The translations under genes were made by a program, and so were the position numbers. From assembly GCA_947499465.1 (NCBI GenBank), contig CANMOI010000004.1:14023-78022 (forward strand): DNA of 64,000 nucleotides, written 5' to 3'. The stretch is from Gemmatimonadales bacterium. Its GTDB lineage: Bacteria > Gemmatimonadota > Gemmatimonadetes > Longimicrobiales > Gaopeijiaceae. How positions within the stretch are numbered: position 1 is the first letter of the stretch; each line of letters opens with the position of its first letter. The notes beneath the pieces were generated by a model, which was given only the letters and a program-made list of their open reading frames with translations, did not search any database and was not told the origin of the DNA. Positions 40,406-59,332 of this stretch are shown in pieces.

Positions 40406-40479
40406 GATTCCGCCCGACGTTAACGGTTCAACCTTCACGGCCGGCGTTGGCCGGGTGACCTGAGGAGAGGAGAGAGAAA

Positions 40480-40857
40480 ATGTCGAAGCAGACGGAGATT
40501 CTCGACCAGATCGGTGGATTGACGGTCATCGAGCTGTCGGAGCTGATCGAGGCGTTCAAGGAAAAGTTCAACGTCCAGGCCTTGGCGGTCGCTGCCCCCT
40601 CGGGCGGCGGCGGTGGCGTGGCGGCACCTGAAGCCGTCGTCGAGCAGGAGGAGTTCGCCGTCATCCTCCAGGCCTCGGGCGACAAGAAGATTCAGGTCAT
40701 CAAGGTGATCCGTGAGATCACCGCCCTCGGCCTCAAGGAGGCCAAAGAGCTCGTCGATGGTGCGCCCAAGACCGTGAAAGAGGGCATCACCAAGGACGAG
40801 GCAAATCAGATCAAGGCCAAGCTGGAAGAGCAGGGGGCTACGGTCACCCTGAAGTAG
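40480..40857 (+). CDS. rplL: 50S ribosomal protein L7/L12
   Basis: [19 protein letters not shown]. Confidence 0.98.
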   Translation: MSKQTEILDQIGGLTVIELSELIEAFKEKFNVQALAVAAPSGGGGGVAAPEAVVEQEEFAVILQASGDKKIQVIKVIREITALGLKEAKELVDGAPKTVKEGITKDEANQIKAKLEEQGATVTLK

Positions 40858-40988
40858 TAGCGGCCGCGGCTGTTCGGCTCGGCTGGTCCGGCATCTCGCC
40901 GGGCCGGCTGGCCGCGCTTCCGTTTCTGTGAGACAACGTTTTTCCCGCGTCGGGTCGACGCGACAGTCCGACTATGGGGGGGCACCCG

Positions 40989-45188
<4,200 letters not shown>

Positions 45189-45241
45189 GTGCTGGTGCAA
45201 GACACGATTCTTACGCCCTCAACCCGCTGGGGTGAAAAGGC

Positions 45242-48200
45242 ATGATCGATTTTCCTAGGGCTCGCGAGCAGAGGTCTGCGGACTTCGACTTCATCCAGCT
45301 CAAGATCGCTTCTCCGGAAGAGATCCGAAGCTGGTCGTACGGCGAGGTCACCAAGCCGGAGACCATCAACTACCGCTCGTTCAAGCCCGAGCGCGACGGG
45401 CTCTTCTGCGAGCGCATCTTCGGTCCTGTAAAGGATTGGGAGTGCCATTGCGGGAAGTTCAAGCGCATCCGCTTCCGCGGGCACGTGTGCGACCGCTGCG
45501 GCGTCGAGGTAACGCTGTCGAAGGTCCGCCGCGAGCGCATGGGCCATATCGAGTTGGCGGTGCCGGTCGCGCACATCTGGTTCTTCAAGACGCTACCCAG
45601 CCAGCTCGGATATCTGCTGGGCATGACGCTGCGCGACCTCGAAAAGGTCGTGTACTACGCTGCGTACGTGGTCACCCACGCGGGCAAGCAGGACGTGCAG
45701 TTCCAGGACTTGCTCGACGAGGACGACTACTACGACCTGCGCGTGAAGGCGCGTGAGGAAGGCGACAACGAGTTCCGCGCCGAGATCGGCGCCGAAGCAG
45801 TGCGCACGCTGCTCAAGTTCCTCGACACGCCAGAGCGGAGGTTCCACGACCGCAACTCCGACGGGAAGGGGCTCGATCGCCTTTCCGCTTGGTTGCGCAT
45901 CGAGATCACGACCGAGACCAGCCAGCACCGGAAGAAGAAGAAGCTCAAGCGGCTCAAGGTGGTGGACGCGATCCGCAACTCGGGCCCGACCGCCGACGTG
46001 CGGAATCGCCCCGAGTGGATGATCATGGACGCGGTGCCGGTCATTCCGCCGGACCTGCGCCCGCTCGTTCCGCTCGACGGCGGCCGCTTCGCCACGTCCG
46101 ACCTGAACGACCTGTACCGGCGCGTCATCAACCGGAACAACCGGCTCAAGAAGCTGATCGAGATGCGCGCTCCCGAGGTCATCCTCAGGAACGAGAAGCG
46201 CATGCTGCAGGAGTCGGTGGACGCGCTGTTCGACAACGGCCGCCGTTCCAAGGCGATCCGCGGCCGCGGCAAGCGCCCCCTCAAGTCGCTCAGCGACATG
46301 CTCAAGGGCAAGCAGGGCCGATTCCGTCAGAACCTGCTCGGCAAGCGCGTGGACTACTCGGGCCGCTCGGTCATCGTGGTCGGCCCCGAGCTCAAGCTGC
46401 ACCAGTGCGGTCTGCCCAAGGCGATGGCCGTCGAGCTGTTCAAGCCCTTCATCATCCACGAGCTGGAGAAGAGGGGCGAGGCCGAGACGGTGAAGCGCGC
46501 GAAGAAGATCGTCGAGCGCGACGATCCAAAGGTGTACGAGGTGCTCGAGGACATCATCCGCGACCACCCCGTGATGCTGAACCGCGCGCCGACCCTGCAC
46601 CGCCTGGGCATCCAGGCGTTCGAGCCCGTGCTGGTCGAGGGTAAGGCCATCCGGATCCATCCGCTCGTGTGCGCGGCGTTCAACGCCGACTTCGACGGGG
46701 ACCAGATGGCGGTGCACGTGCCGCTCTCGTTCGAGGCGCAGCTGGAGGCCCGCGTGCTCATGCTTGCCAGCAACAACATCCTCCTGCCGTCGAACGGTCG
46801 GCCCGTGGCCGCCCCCACGCAGGACATGGTGATCGGGTCGTACTACCTGACCAACCTGTCCCTGAAGGTGAAGGACCTTGAGGCCGCGGCGTCCGACCAG
46901 AAGCGCGCCAAGGGCGAGCGCGACGCGGCCGACGCCGAGTTGGACAAGCTGTACAAGAACGCGCTCCGCTTCGCGACGTTCGGCGAGGTGGAGATGGCGA
47001 TCTCGACCGGCAAGCTCGAGTTCAACTCGCTGTGCTGGTTCTGGGTCCCGGTCATGGTCGGGGAAGAGGACACGCGCGGCCGCTGGCTGCGTACCACGGC
47101 CGGCCGCATCCTCTTCAACTCGATCGTGCCCCCGGAGCTCGGCTTCCTGAACCGCACGTTCGGGAAGAAGGAGCTGGGCGACCTCGTGTTCGACTGCTTC
47201 ACGATCGCGGGTCTCTCCCGGTGCACGGCCTTCCTGGACAACCTCAAGGACTTCGGCTTCCGCTACGCCACCATGGGCGGCATCAGCGTGGGCATCGAGG
47301 ACCTCGAGGTGCCGGCCGAGAAGGTCGAGATCCTGCGCGACGCCGACGAGCAGGTCACGCGCTTCCAGCGTGCCTACTCGAGCGGATACATCTCGAACGG
47401 CGAGCGCTACAACAAGGTCATCGACACCTGGACCCACGCGAACAACGACGTGGCCGACGCGATGGTGCGTCACCTCGAGCGCAGCAAGGACGGCTTCAAC
47501 CCCGTCTTCATGATGATGACGTCCGGCGCGCGCGGTAACCGCGACCAAATGCGTCAGCTGGCCGGGATGCGCGGGCTGATGGCCAAGCCGCAGAAGAAGC
47601 TGACCGGAGGCATCGGCGAAATCATCGAGAGCCCGATCAAGTCGAACTTCCGTGAAGGTCTAACGGTGGTCGAGTACTTCATCAGCACTCACGGGGCGCG
47701 CAAAGGCCTCGCCGACACGGCGCTCAAGACGGCCGACGCCGGCTATCTGACGCGCCGTCTGGTGGACGTCGCCCAGGACGTGGTGGTCACCAGCGACGAC
47801 TGCGGCACGATCATGGGGCTGGAGACGATCGCGCTGAAGGAAGGCGAGGACATCATCGAACCGCTGGGCGACCGCATCGTCGGCAACGTCGCTCTCGAGG
47901 ACGTCTACGATCCGATCGACGGCGAGCTGCTGGTCGAGGCGGGCGACCTGATCGAGGTCGAGGCCGCCGAGGCGATCGAAGAAGCGGGCATCCAGTCCGT
48001 GAAGATCCGGTCGGTACTGACCTGCGAGGCCCGTCGCGGTCTCTGCCGGGCATGCTACGGCCGCAACCTGGCCACCATGAAGACGGTGGACATCGGCGAG
48101 GCGGTCGGCATCCTGGCGGCGCAGTCGATCGGCGAGCCGGGCACGCAGCTCACCCTGCGTACCTTCCACATCGGTGGTACGGCCGCCCGCATCGCTGCTC

Positions 48201-49543
48201 AGACACAGCGTAAGAGCAAGATCGACGGACAGGTCGCGCTCGACCGCGTCACGACCGTTCTGACCCCGAACAACGAAAAGATCGTCACGTCGCGCGAAGG
48301 TCAGATCATCTTGATGACGAAGGAAGGCCAGATCCGGAGCCGCTTGTCGGTTCCGTACGGCGCCACGCTATCGGTTGTCGAAAGTCAGGAGATCGCCTCG
48401 GGCGACCTGCTGTTCAGCTGGGACCCGTACTCGGAGCCGCTGGTCGCGGACTCCGCGGGCGTGATCAAGTTCATCGACATCATCGACGAAGCGACGATGC
48501 GCGAAGAGCTCGACGAGTCCACGGGCCGTAGGCAGATGACGATCATCGAGGACCGGGAGAAGAAGCTCCACCCGATGATCCAGATCGTCGCCAAGGGAAA
48601 AAAGCAGGAGAAGCTGAGGGAGTTCATCGTTCCGGTGGGCGCCCAGCTGACCGTGCGCGACACGCAGGAAGTCGCGCCCGGCGACACCATCGCCAAGATC
48701 AGCCGCGAGGTCTACAAGACGCGCGACATCACGGGCGGCCTGCCGCGCATCGCGGAGCTGTTCGAGGCGCGCCGTCCGAAGGATCCGGCGGTCATCACCG
48801 AGATCGACGGCAAGGTGAGCTTCGGCGACATCAAGCGCGGCAAGCGCGAGGTCGTCGTCACTCCCGAGACCGGCCCGGCGCGGACGTACGAGGTCCCGGT
48901 CGGTAAGCACATGCGCGTCCACGCGGGCGACCAGGTGCGCGCGGGCGACCGTCTGTCCGAGGGCCCGATCAACCCGCACGACATCCTGCGCATCAAGGGA
49001 CCGCGCGCGGTGCAGGAATACCTCCTGAACGAGATCCAGGAGGTCTACCGGCTCCAGGGCGTGAAGATCAACGACAAACACATCGGCGTAATCGTCCGCC
49101 AGATGCTTCAGAAGGTGAAGATCACGGATCCGGGCGACACCGCGCTGCTCGAAGGCGAGAACGTGGATCGTACGGAGTTCCGCAATCTGAACCAGAAGAC
49201 CATGGCCGAGGGCAGCAAGCCCGCGCGCAGCGAGCCGCTGCTGCTCGGGATCACCAAGGCCAGCCTCACCACCGAGTCGTTCATCTCGGCGGCCTCCTTC
49301 CAGGAGACCACTCGAGTGCTGACCGACGCGGCGGTGCGGGGAGCGCGCGACGATCTGAAGGGCCTGAAGGAGAACATCATCATCGGGCACCTGATTCCCG
49401 CCGGCACCGGCATCCACCGCTACTCGGACGTCGAGTTCATGGTGGAGCAGTCGTACTACGACGAGGCGATCATGCCTCTCGCCGAGCCGGGCGAGTTCGT
49501 TCCCGGTCTGGCCGCGGACGCCGAAGAGGTGACCGCAGACTGA
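45242..49543 (+). CDS. rpoC: RNA polymerase beta' subunit
   Basis: NADFDGD, Zn ribbon, QLTLRTFH. Confidence 0.99.
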   Translation: MIDFPRAREQRSADFDFIQLKIASPEEIRSWSYGEVTKPETINYRSFKPERDGLFCERIFGPVKDWECHCGKFKRIRFRGHVCDRCGVEVTLSKVRRERMGHIELAVPVAHIWFFKTLPSQLGYLLGMTLRDLEKVVYYAAYVVTHAGKQDVQFQDLLDEDDYYDLRVKAREEGDNEFRAEIGAEAVRTLLKFLDTPERRFHDRNSDGKGLDRLSAWLRIEITTETSQHRKKKKLKRLKVVDAIRNSGPTADVRNRPEWMIMDAVPVIPPDLRPLVPLDGGRFATSDLNDLYRRVINRNNRLKKLIEMRAPEVILRNEKRMLQESVDALFDNGRRSKAIRGRGKRPLKSLSDMLKGKQGRFRQNLLGKRVDYSGRSVIVVGPELKLHQCGLPKAMAVELFKPFIIHELEKRGEAETVKRAKKIVERDDPKVYEVLEDIIRDHPVMLNRAPTLHRLGIQAFEPVLVEGKAIRIHPLVCAAFNADFDGDQMAVHVPLSFEAQLEARVLMLASNNILLPSNGRPVAAPTQDMVIGSYYLTNLSLKVKDLEAAASDQKRAKGERDAADAELDKLYKNALRFATFGEVEMAISTGKLEFNSLCWFWVPVMVGEEDTRGRWLRTTAGRILFNSIVPPELGFLNRTFGKKELGDLVFDCFTIAGLSRCTAFLDNLKDFGFRYATMGGISVGIEDLEVPAEKVEILRDADEQVTRFQRAYSSGYISNGERYNKVIDTWTHANNDVADAMVRHLERSKDGFNPVFMMMTSGARGNRDQMRQLAGMRGLMAKPQKKLTGGIGEIIESPIKSNFREGLTVVEYFISTHGARKGLADTALKTADAGYLTRRLVDVAQDVVVTSDDCGTIMGLETIALKEGEDIIEPLGDRIVGNVALEDVYDPIDGELLVEAGDLIEVEAAEAIEEAGIQSVKIRSVLTCEARRGLCRACYGRNLATMKTVDIGEAVGILAAQSIGEPGTQLTLRTFHIGGTAARIAAQTQRKSKIDGQVALDRVTTVLTPNNEKIVTSREGQIILMTKEGQIRSRLSVPYGATLSVVESQEIASGDLLFSWDPYSEPLVADSAGVIKFIDIIDEATMREELDESTGRRQMTIIEDREKKLHPMIQIVAKGKKQEKLREFIVPVGAQLTVRDTQEVAPGDTIAKISREVYKTRDITGGLPRIAELFEARRPKDPAVITEIDGKVSFGDIKRGKREVVVTPETGPARTYEVPVGKHMRVHAGDQVRAGDRLSEGPINPHDILRIKGPRAVQEYLLNEIQEVYRLQGVKINDKHIGVIVRQMLQKVKITDPGDTALLEGENVDRTEFRNLNQKTMAEGSKPARSEPLLLGITKASLTTESFISAASFQETTRVLTDAAVRGARDDLKGLKENIIIGHLIPAGTGIHRYSDVEFMVEQSYYDEAIMPLAEPGEFVPGLAADAEEVTAD

Positions 49544-49568
49544 CGCGGCTGTATCGCTGCGCTACGCC

Positions 49569-49606
49569 GAGGGGCGTCCCCATCACGGGGACGCCCCTCT
49601 TGTTTT
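49569..49606 (+). terminator. rpoC terminator
   Basis: 13-bp stem gaggggcgtcccc/ggggacgcccctc followed by TTGTTTT. Confidence 0.85.
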
Positions 49607-49785
49607 GCCCCCGGCGATCAAATCCGCCCCGAAGGCCGACTTCAAGGGCATGAGCAAGCGGAAGGAATCGTGGTTTTACTCCTCCTGCTGGCACACGCAT
49701 TGCGAATACAGCCCTCCAAGAGAGCGATGTGAATCTGGGACGCAGACAAGAGACCCGGCGCTGAATGCGCCGGAGGAGAAACGAA

Positions 49786-50780
49786 ATGACGACGGTACTC
49801 AAAGGTTTGACGATGGCGGCCCTTATCGCCGCAGCCGTGACCGCCCCGGCCAGCGCTCAGCAGAAGAGCTGGGGATTCGGCGTCTACGGAGCGTATTTCA
49901 AGTCCGGCACCCTCGCGAAGGGCGCCACGGATAGCCGGCTGCAGCTCGACAACAAGAGGACGCTCGGTGGCAGTCTCGAGTGGTGGATGGGCTCGGGTCG
50001 CGTCGGCCTCCGCGCGAACGTGGACAAGACGAACTCGCCGTGGATCATCGATAACGACGAGAACCCCAACTCCGCGGGCATTCCCGGGGCCCAGGCCCAG
50101 CTCGACGCGACCGGCAAGAACGTGGACGTCCTGGCGGGCGATGCCAACCTGATGATTCGCCTGCTCGCGCCGACGGTGGATCGGCGGTTCGCTCCGTTCA
50201 TCAGTCTGGGCGGCGGCTTCATGAAGTGGGGCCAGCAGACCGACAGTCAGCCGATCGACCTGCGCGTCAACGAAGTGGACGTCCAGATTCAGGGGAACAA
50301 CCAGACCGAGCCCGCCCTCACCGCGAGCCTCGGCACTGACTTCTTCCTCATGAACAACGTCGCGCTGCGTCTCGAGGCGAAGGACTATTACAACTGGAGC
50401 TCGCCCTACGTCCAGTTGAGCACCATCACCGCCTCGGAAAACCGGCACCACGGTGGCACGCACAACATGGTGTACTCGGCGGGTCTGGCCTTCCTGTTCG
50501 GTGGGAATCGCGTCGAGGAGCCCGGATTCATCGCCGTGGCGCCCGCACCGGCACCGACACCGGCTCCCGCGCCGGCCCCCGCTCCCCGCGTGACGGCGGA
50601 GCAGGTGGCCGATGTGCGTAGTGAATTCGAACGGTCAGCTCGAAACGGTGCAGGCCACGCGCAATCTCGATACGCGCAACATCACGGTGATGCGGAACGG
50701 GACGTCGGTCGCCTTTGCGACCGCGTATCCCGCGAACAATCCGATCTACGTCCAGGGTGCTCCGTGGTACGTGTCGCGCG
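49786..50780 (+). pseudogene. Outer-membrane beta-barrel protein with PA linker and C-terminal domain; frameshifted at ~50611 and truncated at ~50780
   Basis: Signal peptide, amphipathic beta strands (ALRLEAKDY), PAPAP linker, then MCVVNSNG...GAPWYVS in another frame. Confidence 0.65.
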
Positions 50781-51086
50781 TATGTCGTGGTTGGTCTCGA
50801 TCACCATGTAGGCGAGGTCGCCGCCGCCCCACATCAGGCCCGTGAACAGCAGCAGCTGCGCCACCTCGAGCAGGAGGACCGGCAGTGCGCCGATTCCGTC
50901 CTGGGAGATCCCCAAGCCGATCTCGGTCAGCAGGATCAGGAAGAGTCCCACAGCGAGCGTCTTGAAGAGCCTGCCGACGTAGCGCAGGCTCTCGTGTGGC
51001 TCGAGGATCCCGGGGCCGGGCATGAGCGCCCAGCGCGCCTTCGCCTCCTTCGTCTCGGGTGACGGCGGTGCGGCGTTCGGTGTCAT
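50682..51086 (-). CDS. Small 2-TM membrane protein, probably 3'-truncated
   Basis: EPHESLRYVGRLFK, two TM segments, WGGGDLA...ETNHDIRA, then reads into the antisense of the outer-membrane gene. Confidence 0.6.
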   Translation of the reverse strand: MTPNAAPPSPETKEAKARWALMPGPGILEPHESLRYVGRLFKTLAVGLFLILLTEIGLGISQDGIGALPVLLLEVAQLLLFTGLMWGGGDLAYMVIETNHDIRATRTTEHPGRRSDCSRDTRSQRRPTSRSASP

Positions 51087-52666
51087 TGTGTGGCTCCTGT
51101 GGAGGTTGAATCGTCGGTGCCGCTGCGATACCGGTCGTAGCGCTTGAGGATGCGGTTCACGTATTGGACCGGCTCGAGGCCGCGCACGTAGCCGTGCTGC
51201 ACGACCGGGTCGCGGTAGACCGATCGCTTGGACTTCTGCATCAGCCAGTAGGCGACGTCATCCCAGTTCTGCGGATCGTCGCCGTTCTTCGCCGCGAGGC
51301 GCTGGGCGTCGAGCACGTGGCCGCGCCCGGCGTTGTACGACGCGAGCACGAACTTGAGGCGCTCGGTGTCGTCGGGAATCTCGTCCTTCCAGGCGTCGGT
51401 CAGTCGCGCGAGGTACTTCACGCCCCCCGCGACGTTCTGCTGGGGGTTGTTCGAGTTGCGCACGCCCATCTCACGCGCGGTGCGCGGCATGAGCTGGAGA
51501 AGGCCGCGGGCACCCGCGAACGAGCGCGCTCGGGGATCGAACCTGGACTCCTGGGCCGCGAGCAGACGCCAGTCCCAGCCGATGCCCTTGGCCTCGCGCT
51601 CCAGCAAGGTGTCGAACTGTGAGATATTGCCGGCCCCGGCGGCGAACAGGTCGTCCTCGGTCCTCTCCTGGTAGCCCTCTCGGTCCGCGAAGTACTTCTG
51701 GTAGAGGCGGTCGCGCAGGCTCTGCCCTGAGGGTGACGCCAGCCACGTGTTCAGCTCCAGCAGGAGCGCAGGGTCGTTCTTCCGTATCGCCCAGGCTACC
51801 GGCTCCGGCTCCCCGAGCACCGGTTGGGCGATGGTGTTCGAGAAGCTGGCCTTCGAGAGCTCGGCCAGGTTTTCCTGGGAGATGGTCAGGCGGATCTTTC
51901 CTTCGGCCGCCGCCTCGATGAGCGGCTCGATCTGATCGGCGTTCTCCACCTCGATGATCTCGATGTTCGCGCCCAGCGAGTCCGAGAGCTCGGTGATGCG
52001 GTCGTAGTAGTCGGAGCCCGCGGGCACGTGGACCTCCTTTCCCGCGAGCTCGGAGGGGCGGTTGACGAGGCGCGCGCGGAGCGCGATCGAATCGGGGATC
52101 GGAACGTCGGTGGCCAGCGTGCTGTCGTTGGCCGCCTCCGGGTTGTCCGCGGCCGCCGCGATGTCCACCGGGGCTCGCTGGACGACGACCGTCGTCGTCG
52201 AGTAGAGGGGGTTGGTGAGCCCGACCGGGTCCCGATACTCTGGGTGCGCGATCAGGCGTGCGGCGATCACGTCTCCCTCACCGATGTTGAGGGCGGTGAA
52301 GAGGGCGACCCGCTCCGTGACCACGATGGTGCGCAGGATGAGGTCATGGGCCTGGGCAAACGCCTGTAGGAGCTCGTACTCGAAGCCCTTCGGCTCACCC
52401 TGATGGATGAAGAACCCGGTCGAGTTGACCGTGAGCAGGGCCTCCAGCGTGTCCCGGGCCACGATCCGGTTCCATCCGAAGGCAATCGGGGGAGGCAGGT
52501 CGTCGTAGAGACCAAGCTCGTCCATCTCGCCTATCGGGGAGGCGGCCAGGACCAGGGTGTCTCCGGCGGTCCGGCGCAGGTAGGCCACCGGCAGAGCGGG
52601 CTCGCATGCTGCGGCCAGTAGGCTGCGCGCGAGCGCTCCAGCGCGCAGAAGGCGGAGACGGGTCAT
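51083..52666 (-). CDS. mltF: MltF-like lytic transglycosylase (substrate-binding domains plus SLT domain)
   Basis: GFEYELL, ESRFDP, GARGLLQLMP, LASYNAG, GYVRG.EP..YV. Confidence 0.85.
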   Translation of the reverse strand: MTRLRLLRAGALARSLLAAACEPALPVAYLRRTAGDTLVLAASPIGEMDELGLYDDLPPPIAFGWNRIVARDTLEALLTVNSTGFFIHQGEPKGFEYELLQAFAQAHDLILRTIVVTERVALFTALNIGEGDVIAARLIAHPEYRDPVGLTNPLYSTTTVVVQRAPVDIAAAADNPEAANDSTLATDVPIPDSIALRARLVNRPSELAGKEVHVPAGSDYYDRITELSDSLGANIEIIEVENADQIEPLIEAAAEGKIRLTISQENLAELSKASFSNTIAQPVLGEPEPVAWAIRKNDPALLLELNTWLASPSGQSLRDRLYQKYFADREGYQERTEDDLFAAGAGNISQFDTLLEREAKGIGWDWRLLAAQESRFDPRARSFAGARGLLQLMPRTAREMGVRNSNNPQQNVAGGVKYLARLTDAWKDEIPDDTERLKFVLASYNAGRGHVLDAQRLAAKNGDDPQNWDDVAYWLMQKSKRSVYRDPVVQHGYVRGLEPVQYVNRILKRYDRYRSGTDDSTSTGATQ

Positions 52667-52988
52667 CGGAACCCCGTGTCGCACTCTTCGGACCACGGGG
52701 GGTGGGGCGAGGCGAGCGGCGAGGGCGGGGTCGGCCGCCCGTACTCGGCCGGAGGGAGTCATGGGGAAGGTCAAAGCGACCCCTAATTCGTTGTCGCGCA
52801 TGATGATGGGTGGATCTTGGTCCGGCCCATGGACGGGCGCGGCGCGTGGCCGGGGACCATTCGGCTGGGTGTGGGTCGACAGGAGAGCCCGATTGATGGA
52901 GATTCCCCCAGCCTCGGGTCGGCCCGGTGGGAAAAGGTTCGAAATTTTCCGAGCGCCGCGAGACCCAGAAAGCCAAAATTTCGCCCCG

Positions 52989-53017
52989 TTGACACCCCCC
53001 AGACCCCTGGATAGCTT
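52989..53017 (+). promoter_or_regulatory. str operon promoter
   Basis: TTGACA-N17-TAGCTT. Confidence 0.75.
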
Positions 53018-53089
53018 ACCAAGCTCTGTCCGAACGGTTTTGCCCATTGGCCCAACCGAGCAGAGCAGGATTCCTACGAAGAAGATTTG

Positions 53090-53485
53090 ATGCCGACGAT
53101 CAATCAGCTCGTCCGGAAGGGCCGGCAGGCGCTCGCGAAGAAGAGCAAGTCGCCTGCTCTGCAGAAGAACCCGCAGAAGCGCGGGGTCTGCACACGCGTC
53201 TACACCACCACGCCCAAGAAGCCGAATTCGGCGCTTCGGAAGGTGGCTCGCGTGCGGCTGACCAACGGCTTCGAGGTGACGGCCTACATCCCCGGCGAGG
53301 GTCACAACCTCCAGGAGCACTCGATCGTGCTCATCCGCGGTGGCCGTGTGAAGGATCTGCCGGGCGTGCGCTACCACATCATCCGTGGCACCCTGGACGC
53401 CTCCGGTGTGAACGACCGCAAGCAGAGCCGTTCCAAGTACGGCGCCAAGAAGAACCAGAAGGCAGCCGGGAAGGGGAAAAAGTAG
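53090..53485 (+). CDS. rpsL: 30S ribosomal protein S12
   Basis: [29 protein letters not shown]. Confidence 0.99.
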   Translation: MPTINQLVRKGRQALAKKSKSPALQKNPQKRGVCTRVYTTTPKKPNSALRKVARVRLTNGFEVTAYIPGEGHNLQEHSIVLIRGGRVKDLPGVRYHIIRGTLDASGVNDRKQSRSKYGAKKNQKAAGKGKK

Positions 53486-53956
53486 ATGAGCCGTCGTTCC
53501 AGGTCCGTTAAGCGCGAAGTCCCGGCCGATCCGCAGTTCGCATCGACCACTGTGACCAAGTTCATCAACAGCTTGATGTACGACGGCAAGAAGTCGATCG
53601 CCGAAGGGATCTTCTACGACGCGATGAAGCTCGTGGAGGAGAAGTCCGGCCAGGCGGGGCTCAACATCTTCACGACGGCCGTGAACAACGCGAAGCCCGC
53701 GCTCGAGGTTAAGAGCCGTCGAGTGGGCGGCGCGACGTACCAAGTGCCGGTCGAGGTTCGCCCCGAGCGGCGCACGGCTCTCGCGATCAAGTGGCTGGTG
53801 CTGTACTCGAGGGCGCGCTCCGAGAAGACGATGGCGGACCGGTTGGCGAACGAGCTGATGGCGGCCGCCCGGGGCGAGGGCAGCACGGTAAAGAAGAAGG
53901 ACGACACGCACCGGATGGCGGAAGCGAACAAGGCGTTCGCCCACTATCGCTGGTAG
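53486..53956 (+). CDS. rpsG: 30S ribosomal protein S7
   Basis: [23 protein letters not shown]. Confidence 0.99.
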   Translation: MSRRSRSVKREVPADPQFASTTVTKFINSLMYDGKKSIAEGIFYDAMKLVEEKSGQAGLNIFTTAVNNAKPALEVKSRRVGGATYQVPVEVRPERRTALAIKWLVLYSRARSEKTMADRLANELMAAARGEGSTVKKKDDTHRMAEANKAFAHYRW

Positions 53957-54011
53957 CAGGTAGCAGTAAGTAGGAGCAGTAAGCAGAAGCTGTAGCCCGG
54001 CACGCTGAACC

Positions 54012-54183
54012 CCCGACCACGGTCGGGAGCGCAGGGGCGCCGAAGCACAGGGGACGCGCGAAGGCCCAGACCTCGAAAGAGGCGGCCCTCTCCGGTCACC
54101 GGAAGCGCGGACTTTGTCGGGCCGGAAGTGAGGGCCCGGCGGAAAGGGGATCCGCGCTGCTTCCCCGCCTGCTGCGCTTTTTT
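54012..54183 (+). ncRNA. Candidate multibranched cis-regulatory RNA between rpsG and fusA
   Basis: Long closing helix followed by a U tract, several internal hairpins with GAAA and CACG tetraloops. Confidence 0.45.
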
Positions 54184-54238
54184 GCGGCCTGAAGTCGAAG
54201 TGGCGATGTCGAGAACGAGAGAAACCAGGTAGAGAGAG

Positions 54239-56344
<2,106 letters not shown>

Positions 56345-56421
56345 CCTGACGACGGCCACACTCCCGTGGCCCCGGAATCAGCGTAGTAAAAGAAACGGTA
56401 ACCCTTTACAGGAACGGACTG

Positions 56422-57624
<1,203 letters not shown>

Positions 57625-57661
57625 TCGGCTTTACTACAGCTGGTTCTTGGGAGATCTGAAC

Positions 57662-57970
57662 ATGGCGGACAGAATTCGCATTCGGCTGAAGGCCTTTGAC
57701 CACTGGGTCATTGACCAGACGGCCGCCGACATCGTGCGGACGGCGCAGAAGACCGGCGCTACCGTGCGTGGCCCCATCCCGCTGCCCACGCGGCGCGAGC
57801 GGTGGACCGTGCTCAGGTCGCCCCATGTGGACAAGAAGAGCCGGGAGCAGTTCGAGCTGAGGACGCACAAGCGCTTGATCGACATCGTGGACAGCCGTCC
57901 GCAGACGATCGACGCGCTGACCAAGCTCGATTTGCCCGCCGGAGTTGACGTCGCAATCAAGGTTGACTGA
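57662..57970 (+). CDS. rpsJ: 30S ribosomal protein S10
   Basis: [22 protein letters not shown]. Confidence 0.99.
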   Translation: MADRIRIRLKAFDHWVIDQTAADIVRTAQKTGATVRGPIPLPTRRERWTVLRSPHVDKKSREQFELRTHKRLIDIVDSRPQTIDALTKLDLPAGVDVAIKVD

Positions 57971-58055
57971 ATCGAACCGTTCGGCCGATCCCGAGGGATC
58001 GGTCGGCGGCTCGCGCGGAACGCAGCTGTAACGCAACAGAACTAGAGAGCTATCA

Positions 58056-58685
58056 ATGGCCGGAATCATCGGCAGGAAGGTCGGGATGACGCGCATCTTC
58101 GACGAGGCGGGGAATCAGGTTCCCGTCACCGTCATCGAAGCGGGTCCGTGCCCGGTCACACAAGTGAAGACCGATCAGTCCGACGGCTATGCCGCCGTGC
58201 AGCTCGGCTTCGGCGCCCAGAAGGCCAAGAACGCCACCAAGGCGGAGACGGGTCACGTCGCCAAGGCGGGGCTGTCCACCGCCCCCAGAGTGTTGCGCGA
58301 GTTCCGACTCGCGCCCGACCAGGCGGTCGAGGTCGGACAGACGCTCACGGTCGAGCAGTTCGCGGCTGGTGACCGCGTGAAGGTCACCGGCACGAACAAG
58401 GGCAAGGGCTTCCAGGGAGTGGTACGGCGGCACGGCTTCACCGGCCGCCCCGGCTCCCACGGCCATCCCGAGTCGCGTACTCCGGGATCGATCGGACCGG
58501 GAACTGATCCCTCGCGCGTGATCAAGGGCAAGAAGATGCCCGGCCGGATGGGTGGGGTTCGCCATACCGTGATCAACCTGCAGGTGGTGCAGGTGGATCT
58601 CGAGCACAACCTGCTCTTCGTGAAAGGTGGGATTCCGGGCGCCCGCGACAGCTTCGTCACGATCACCAAAATCGGCACCAAGTGA
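58056..58685 (+). CDS. rplC: 50S ribosomal protein L3
   Basis: GRKVGMT, KGKGFQG, KKMPGRMG. Confidence 0.98.
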   Translation: MAGIIGRKVGMTRIFDEAGNQVPVTVIEAGPCPVTQVKTDQSDGYAAVQLGFGAQKAKNATKAETGHVAKAGLSTAPRVLREFRLAPDQAVEVGQTLTVEQFAAGDRVKVTGTNKGKGFQGVVRRHGFTGRPGSHGHPESRTPGSIGPGTDPSRVIKGKKMPGRMGGVRHTVINLQVVQVDLEHNLLFVKGGIPGARDSFVTITKIGTK

Positions 58686-58690
58686 CCACC

Positions 58691-59329
58691 ATGTACAAGG
58701 CGCGCTACTTCAAGGCGGACGGCAAGAAGGGGAAGGCTCGCGCCCTCCCCGAGTCGCTCTTCGACGGCGTCGTGAACGACGCGGTCCTGCACCTGTCCGT
58801 GAAGGCTTATCTGTCGAACCAGCGGCAGGGGACGGCTTCGGCCAAGACCCGCGCCGAGGTCTCCGGCGGCAACAGCAAGCCCTTCAAACAGAAGGGTACG
58901 GGCCGGGCGCGGCAGGGCACCACGCGGGCCCCGCACATGGACGGTGGTGGCCGGGCGTTCCCGCCCAGGCCCCACAAGTGGGTAGAGAAGCTGCCCAAGA
59001 AGGTGAAGGCGCTCGCCCGCCGGTCCGCCCTCAACAGCCGGGCCGAGGCCGAGAAGGTCGTGCTGATCGACGCGCTCGACTTCCAGGCCCCGAAGACGTC
59101 CCAGCTGCTCGACTACCTGGGATCGATCGAGGTGGGAAAGAAGGTTCTCGTCCTCACGGACGGGGTGAAGGAAAACTTGTACTTGTCCTCACGGAACCTG
59201 CCCAACGTCCACGTGATGCCGTTCGGCACCGAGTCGGCTTACGACATCCTCTGGGCGGGCACCATCGTGATCGAGAAGGACGCCATCGACCGGGTGGGTG
59301 GCGATGCCGCGGCCGAGGAGAGCGAGTAG
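58691..59329 (+). CDS. rplD: 50S ribosomal protein L4
   Basis: QKGTGRARQG. Confidence 0.98.
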   Translation: MYKARYFKADGKKGKARALPESLFDGVVNDAVLHLSVKAYLSNQRQGTASAKTRAEVSGGNSKPFKQKGTGRARQGTTRAPHMDGGGRAFPPRPHKWVEKLPKKVKALARRSALNSRAEAEKVVLIDALDFQAPKTSQLLDYLGSIEVGKKVLVLTDGVKENLYLSSRNLPNVHVMPFGTESAYDILWAGTIVIEKDAIDRVGGDAAAEESE

Positions 59330-59332
59330 ACC

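Noticed and set aside
50539..50590. Short tandem repeats (PAPAP codons), also the Gly run at ~25480-25510
   Set aside because: Coding low-complexity linkers, not CRISPR or other DNA repeats
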